From contig NW_021827284.1 in assembly GCF_006345805.1 (NCBI RefSeq), positions 1 to 10,892 on the forward strand: DNA of 10,892 nucleotides, in the 5' to 3' direction. Position numbers and translations under genes: made by a program. Of the stretch, positions 7,820 to 10,892 are shown piece by piece. The notes below the pieces were generated by a model. The model was given only the letters and a program-made list of their open reading frames with translations. It had not been told where the DNA came from and ran no database searches. This DNA is from Octopus sinensis (taxonomy: Eukaryota). Each line of letters begins with the position of its first letter. The first letter of the stretch is position 1.

Positions 7820-8035
7820 GGTTTGGTTGTGAATCGAAATCTAAAGAAAAGCTCATTTCCAAATAACGTGATTTTAGGTTCAGTGCCACGGTGCGACGCC
7901 TTGAGCAAGTATCTTCTATTGAAACCTCGGGACGACCAGTGCCTTGTGAGTGATTTTGGTGGGCGGAAACTATGTGGAAGCCCCAAAAGCCTGGTGGCTG
8001 CTGTCCAATGACAAAAATAGGTAAAATAAAAAAAA
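7820..8035 (+). mobile_element. Diverged, internally deleted copy of the SINE family at 4515-4918
   Basis: aggttcagtgccacggtgcgacgccttgagcaagtatcttctattgaaacctcgggacgaccagtgccttgtgagtgattttggtgggcggaaactatgtggaagccc aligns by eye with the reverse complement of ~4788-4895. It is followed directly by a tail-like gtggctgctgtccaatgacaaaaataggtaaaataa. Confidence 0.75.
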
Positions 8036-8199
8036 CAACATAATATTAAAAACAAAGATGTCCAAGAGCTTAAATAAATGACTTCATCCGATTATATCAG
8101 CAAAGTCATTCTGATTATGAATCTTCGAGAAGTGTGAGAAGTTTATTGAAAGAAATAAGGAAAATTTCACAGACATCATCTCCACCATGATCCACCGAT

Positions 8200-9420
8200 G
8201 TAGCGGAAGTTGAGGTTTATTGGGAGAAAAATATTCAGTACAGTCGAAAGTAGAATGGTTTTAGAAAAGAAAGAGATACGAAAATACAATAACACCGCAA
8301 GCAAGGCTCATCTATGCCAGGGAGGAATTCAACGGCACTATAAATAGTGGAAAGAAATGGAAAGATTCCGGAATTGAGAAAAGTTCTAGTTTCTGGCTGA
8401 AAGAGTTAATCGATATTTATGCATGTGCGGCAACATCTTTAAATGAATTTGTAAGCAGACTAGAATTAACATCTACCTTATGGTTATTAGAGGGGAAAAT
8501 AATATTGATTTCTCGAATCAAAATTACAATGGAGCCCTGAGACTAAGAGATATATTTTATTTCTCAATAACATGCAAAAATTACACCTACACTGCAACAA
8601 GATGTCTGCTTAACTTGAAAGTCATAAGACTTTACTTGATCAGAAGATGTGTCGGAAAAACATGGATGCTTGTAAAGAGTAATTTCGGGTTAAGCGAGCA
8701 ATTATCGAAGATAGCAAAAAGAGATAATAAAAAAAGCCTTAGTATGTCATGGAATGATTACCGAAAAGCATTTGATAACATTATACGCTGTTGGATATTG
8801 AGAACTGCATATAAATAAAGCAGCCGTAAATATTAACACAGTATCTCATTGTTGCCATGTTGAAATGGAACTCAGTGATATCCCTGCAGGCCAAACAGAT
8901 ACAACCAAGCTGATAATAAAAGGAGACTTTCAAGGAAAACCTAATATCCATTCGATTCGCTTCATTATGACTCTGTTAAAAAAATTTGGTTATAAATAGT
9001 TAATAACCCATAGTTATAAATATTACGAATAAATTATGAATAATTTATTCAAGAGATGAAATAGATCTTTGCAAAGGATAAGGCCTATCTGGGTTATGTA
9101 TTAAAACTTGTTCATGTATTCAATTAAGATATTAAATTGAATATGGAGCGCGACAAAATACGTTAAAGTTGGTCGAACTTAGCAAATTAATTAAAATTGA
9201 GAATATTAAATTAGATCGAGACATTGCAATTAGAAAATTAGACCAGAATGACAGAATTTTATATTTAGAATTATTGCAAAGTGATAAAATACAATGTAAG
9301 GGGAAAAATAATAAAATAAACGGAACATTCAAATTTATATAAAAACTGAACCCAATGAGCAGGAATAAAGTGGTTGGTTTAGACATCGCATTTCTAAAGC
9401 TGTTGATATTTAGCCAATCC
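8200..9420 (+). pseudogene. Heavily decayed non-LTR retrotransposon reverse transcriptase, R4/Dong-like (R2 superfamily)
   Basis: Collinear motifs across frameshifts and stops: WKDSG..FWLKEL (8358-8405), LWLLEGKIILI, DQKMCRKNMDACKE, LSMSWNDYRKAFD (KAFD 8765-8776), KGDFQG (8919-8936), FAK...LVHVFN*DIKL, LYLELLQSDKI, RNKVVGL. Order and spacing fit the recalled R4-clade RT pattern (WK.PG.D..FW; EQKGC..GCKDQL; LSMAWIDY.KAFD; RGIFQGD; YKYLG). The YMDD motif is not intact. Confidence 0.75.
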
Positions 9421-9594
9421 ACAGAAGTCATTATTGAGCAGACCTATGATCAAAGCTCAGAAGCTGTGACCTTCCCGCTTCTTTTGTGTAACTAGTATTA
9501 CATTCTCCAGTGTGTCCCGCTCCTTAAGATAGTAGGGTCTGATGTAATGCATATTCGGTGAATATTTCTACAAGATCTCTCTGCACGTGTAAAT

Positions 9595-9657
9595 CATTAA
9601 CGGCGGTGCATCAGCATAGCCGCAGCTCTGAGCTGAAACTACAGAAAAAAAAAAGAT
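9595..9657 (+). mobile_element. SINE 3' tail fragment (shares the tail motif of the 4515-4918 family)
   Basis: ggcggtgcatcagcatagccgcagctctgagctgaaactacagaaaaaaaaaa resembles gcggtgctccagcatggcagcag...gactaaaacaagtaagaaaaaga from the minus-strand SINE. The upstream extent is unresolved. Confidence 0.55.
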
Positions 9658-9806
9658 CGAGCGAATGCGGAGAATTTCTCTCTTTCACTTTATTTCAAGA
9701 TTAATAAATGAATGAAAAAACGTAATGAAACTTACATTATTACAGCATCAAATACAATGAATTCTTTGTCCTTAGAATTGGTCAAGTTTACTTTTTATAC
9801 AATATT

Positions 9807-9959
9807 ATACATACATACATACATACATACATGCATACATACATATATACATGCATGCATACATACATAGACACATAAATACATACATAGACACATACAT
9901 ACATACATACATACATACATACATACATACATGCATACATACATACATACATACATACA

Positions 9960-9993
<34 letters not shown>

Positions 9994-10000
9994 CATACAT
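9807..10000. repeat. (TACA)n microsatellite
   Basis: Long tetranucleotide run, directly visible. Confidence 0.97.
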
Positions 10001-10499
10001 GGTGGCTGTCCCTTCGTTATCGAGTATGGCCATTACACGAAGCTTAATCAATGTTGTTATCGTGCAATATTGTGCAATATCTGTGCAATATCTGTGCACT
10101 GAGTCAATCCCACTCACTAAGCAACACCAGCCATAATCCGAAAAGAAGAACAAGTCAACATCATCGGTAACCACTGAGCTGCAGGTTTTATGTCGGAGTT
10201 ATCCCAGTTACCTGAGTTACCTTCTCCTAGAAGGATGCCCTAACAAAGGCTAAGAGTCCTTCACTCCCAATGGTTTAACCGCGCGATCGGGTATTCAGTC
10301 CGACTATTTCTATGTCCCCGCGCATGATACAGCCTTAAGGCATTTATTGGATGGCCGTTGACTCTCAAGAGTTCCTCCGCCCTTTGACGGGTTTTGTTTT
10401 CCATCCCGCAGGGTGTCCAATAAACACCCTCCTCACCAAGCACGCTTAGTGGGGTTGCCAGTTTAGTCGCCAACGACCCGACCATGCAACAGGTTGTAC
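10001..10499 (-). mobile_element. GC-richer interspersed repeat resembling the 5' untranslated region of RTE-clade LINEs (probably non-autonomous)
   Basis: Minus strand has ggaaaacaaaacccgtcaaagggcggaggaactc and ctaggagaaggtaactc, similar to the recalled RTE 5'UTR motif ctaggagaagg.aaactc. Sharp transitions to (TACA)n at both ends. No RT or endonuclease motif found. Confidence 0.45.
10062..10097. repeat. Short tandem repeat, ~3.5 copies of (c)tgtgcaatat
   Basis: gtgcaatat-tgtgcaatat-ctgtgcaatat-ctgtgc, directly visible. Confidence 0.9.
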
Positions 10500-10719
10500 C
10501 CACACATACATACATACATTCAAGAGAAATCGACCGGCTAATTCGCACATTACAAGTGCAATCTGTGAGTGGAACAATAAAAATATGCAAGACTTTTCTC
10601 GAGTTCCAAAGGTGAATTTGTCTGTGTTAATTACATCCCAAAGATGGAGCTTTGTATTTTTGTTGGAAACTGGTTCCCTCCTCAGTGGAAGATTTATAAT
10701 AATTAAGAAATAGAAGAAA

Positions 10720-10746
10720 CATACATACATGCATAAATACATACGT

Positions 10747-10790
<44 letters not shown>

Positions 10791-10811
10791 TATATTATAT
10801 ATATATATATA
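10720..10811. repeat. (TACA)n/(TA)n microsatellite
   Basis: Directly visible. Confidence 0.95.
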
Positions 10812-10892
10812 CACATGCACCCAATCAACCACACACTGATAGCACAACACAAACCTTCACGCGTATATGAGGGAGATAGGTTCATTTCATCT

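Noticed and set aside
10062-10097. Direct repeats as a CRISPR-like array
   Set aside because: Units are 10-11 bp, contiguous and without spacers, in a eukaryotic context.

Overview
AT-rich, microsatellite-dense eukaryotic non-genic (intergenic or intronic) DNA. No intact host gene, rRNA, tRNA or CRISPR array is visible. The SINE families and the (TA)n/(CA)n/(TACA)n load resemble an octopus (coleoid cephalopod) genome, an inference from recalled repeat consensus rather than a search. The window is a stack of transposon relics: (1) a ~306-bp fold-back hairpin at the left edge; (2) the 3' part of a Penelope-like element (PLE), with a frameshifted GIY-YIG endonuclease and an apparently intact minimal type I hammerhead ribozyme (1635-1685), lying between (TA)n tracts; (3) a second, damaged hammerhead on the minus strand; (4) a minus-strand N-terminal PLE ORF fragment; (5) several tRNA-derived SINEs; (6) a full-length but dead DD34D mariner with TIRs and TA TSDs; (7) a decayed R4/Dong-like non-LTR reverse transcriptase; (8) an RTE-like repeat inside a (TACA)n tract. 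Most supplied ORFs are microsatellite read-throughs. The most interesting signal is the PLE/hammerhead cluster in the first ~4.4 kb. PLE-associated hammerheads are a known class, so any novelty would be at the family or locus level.
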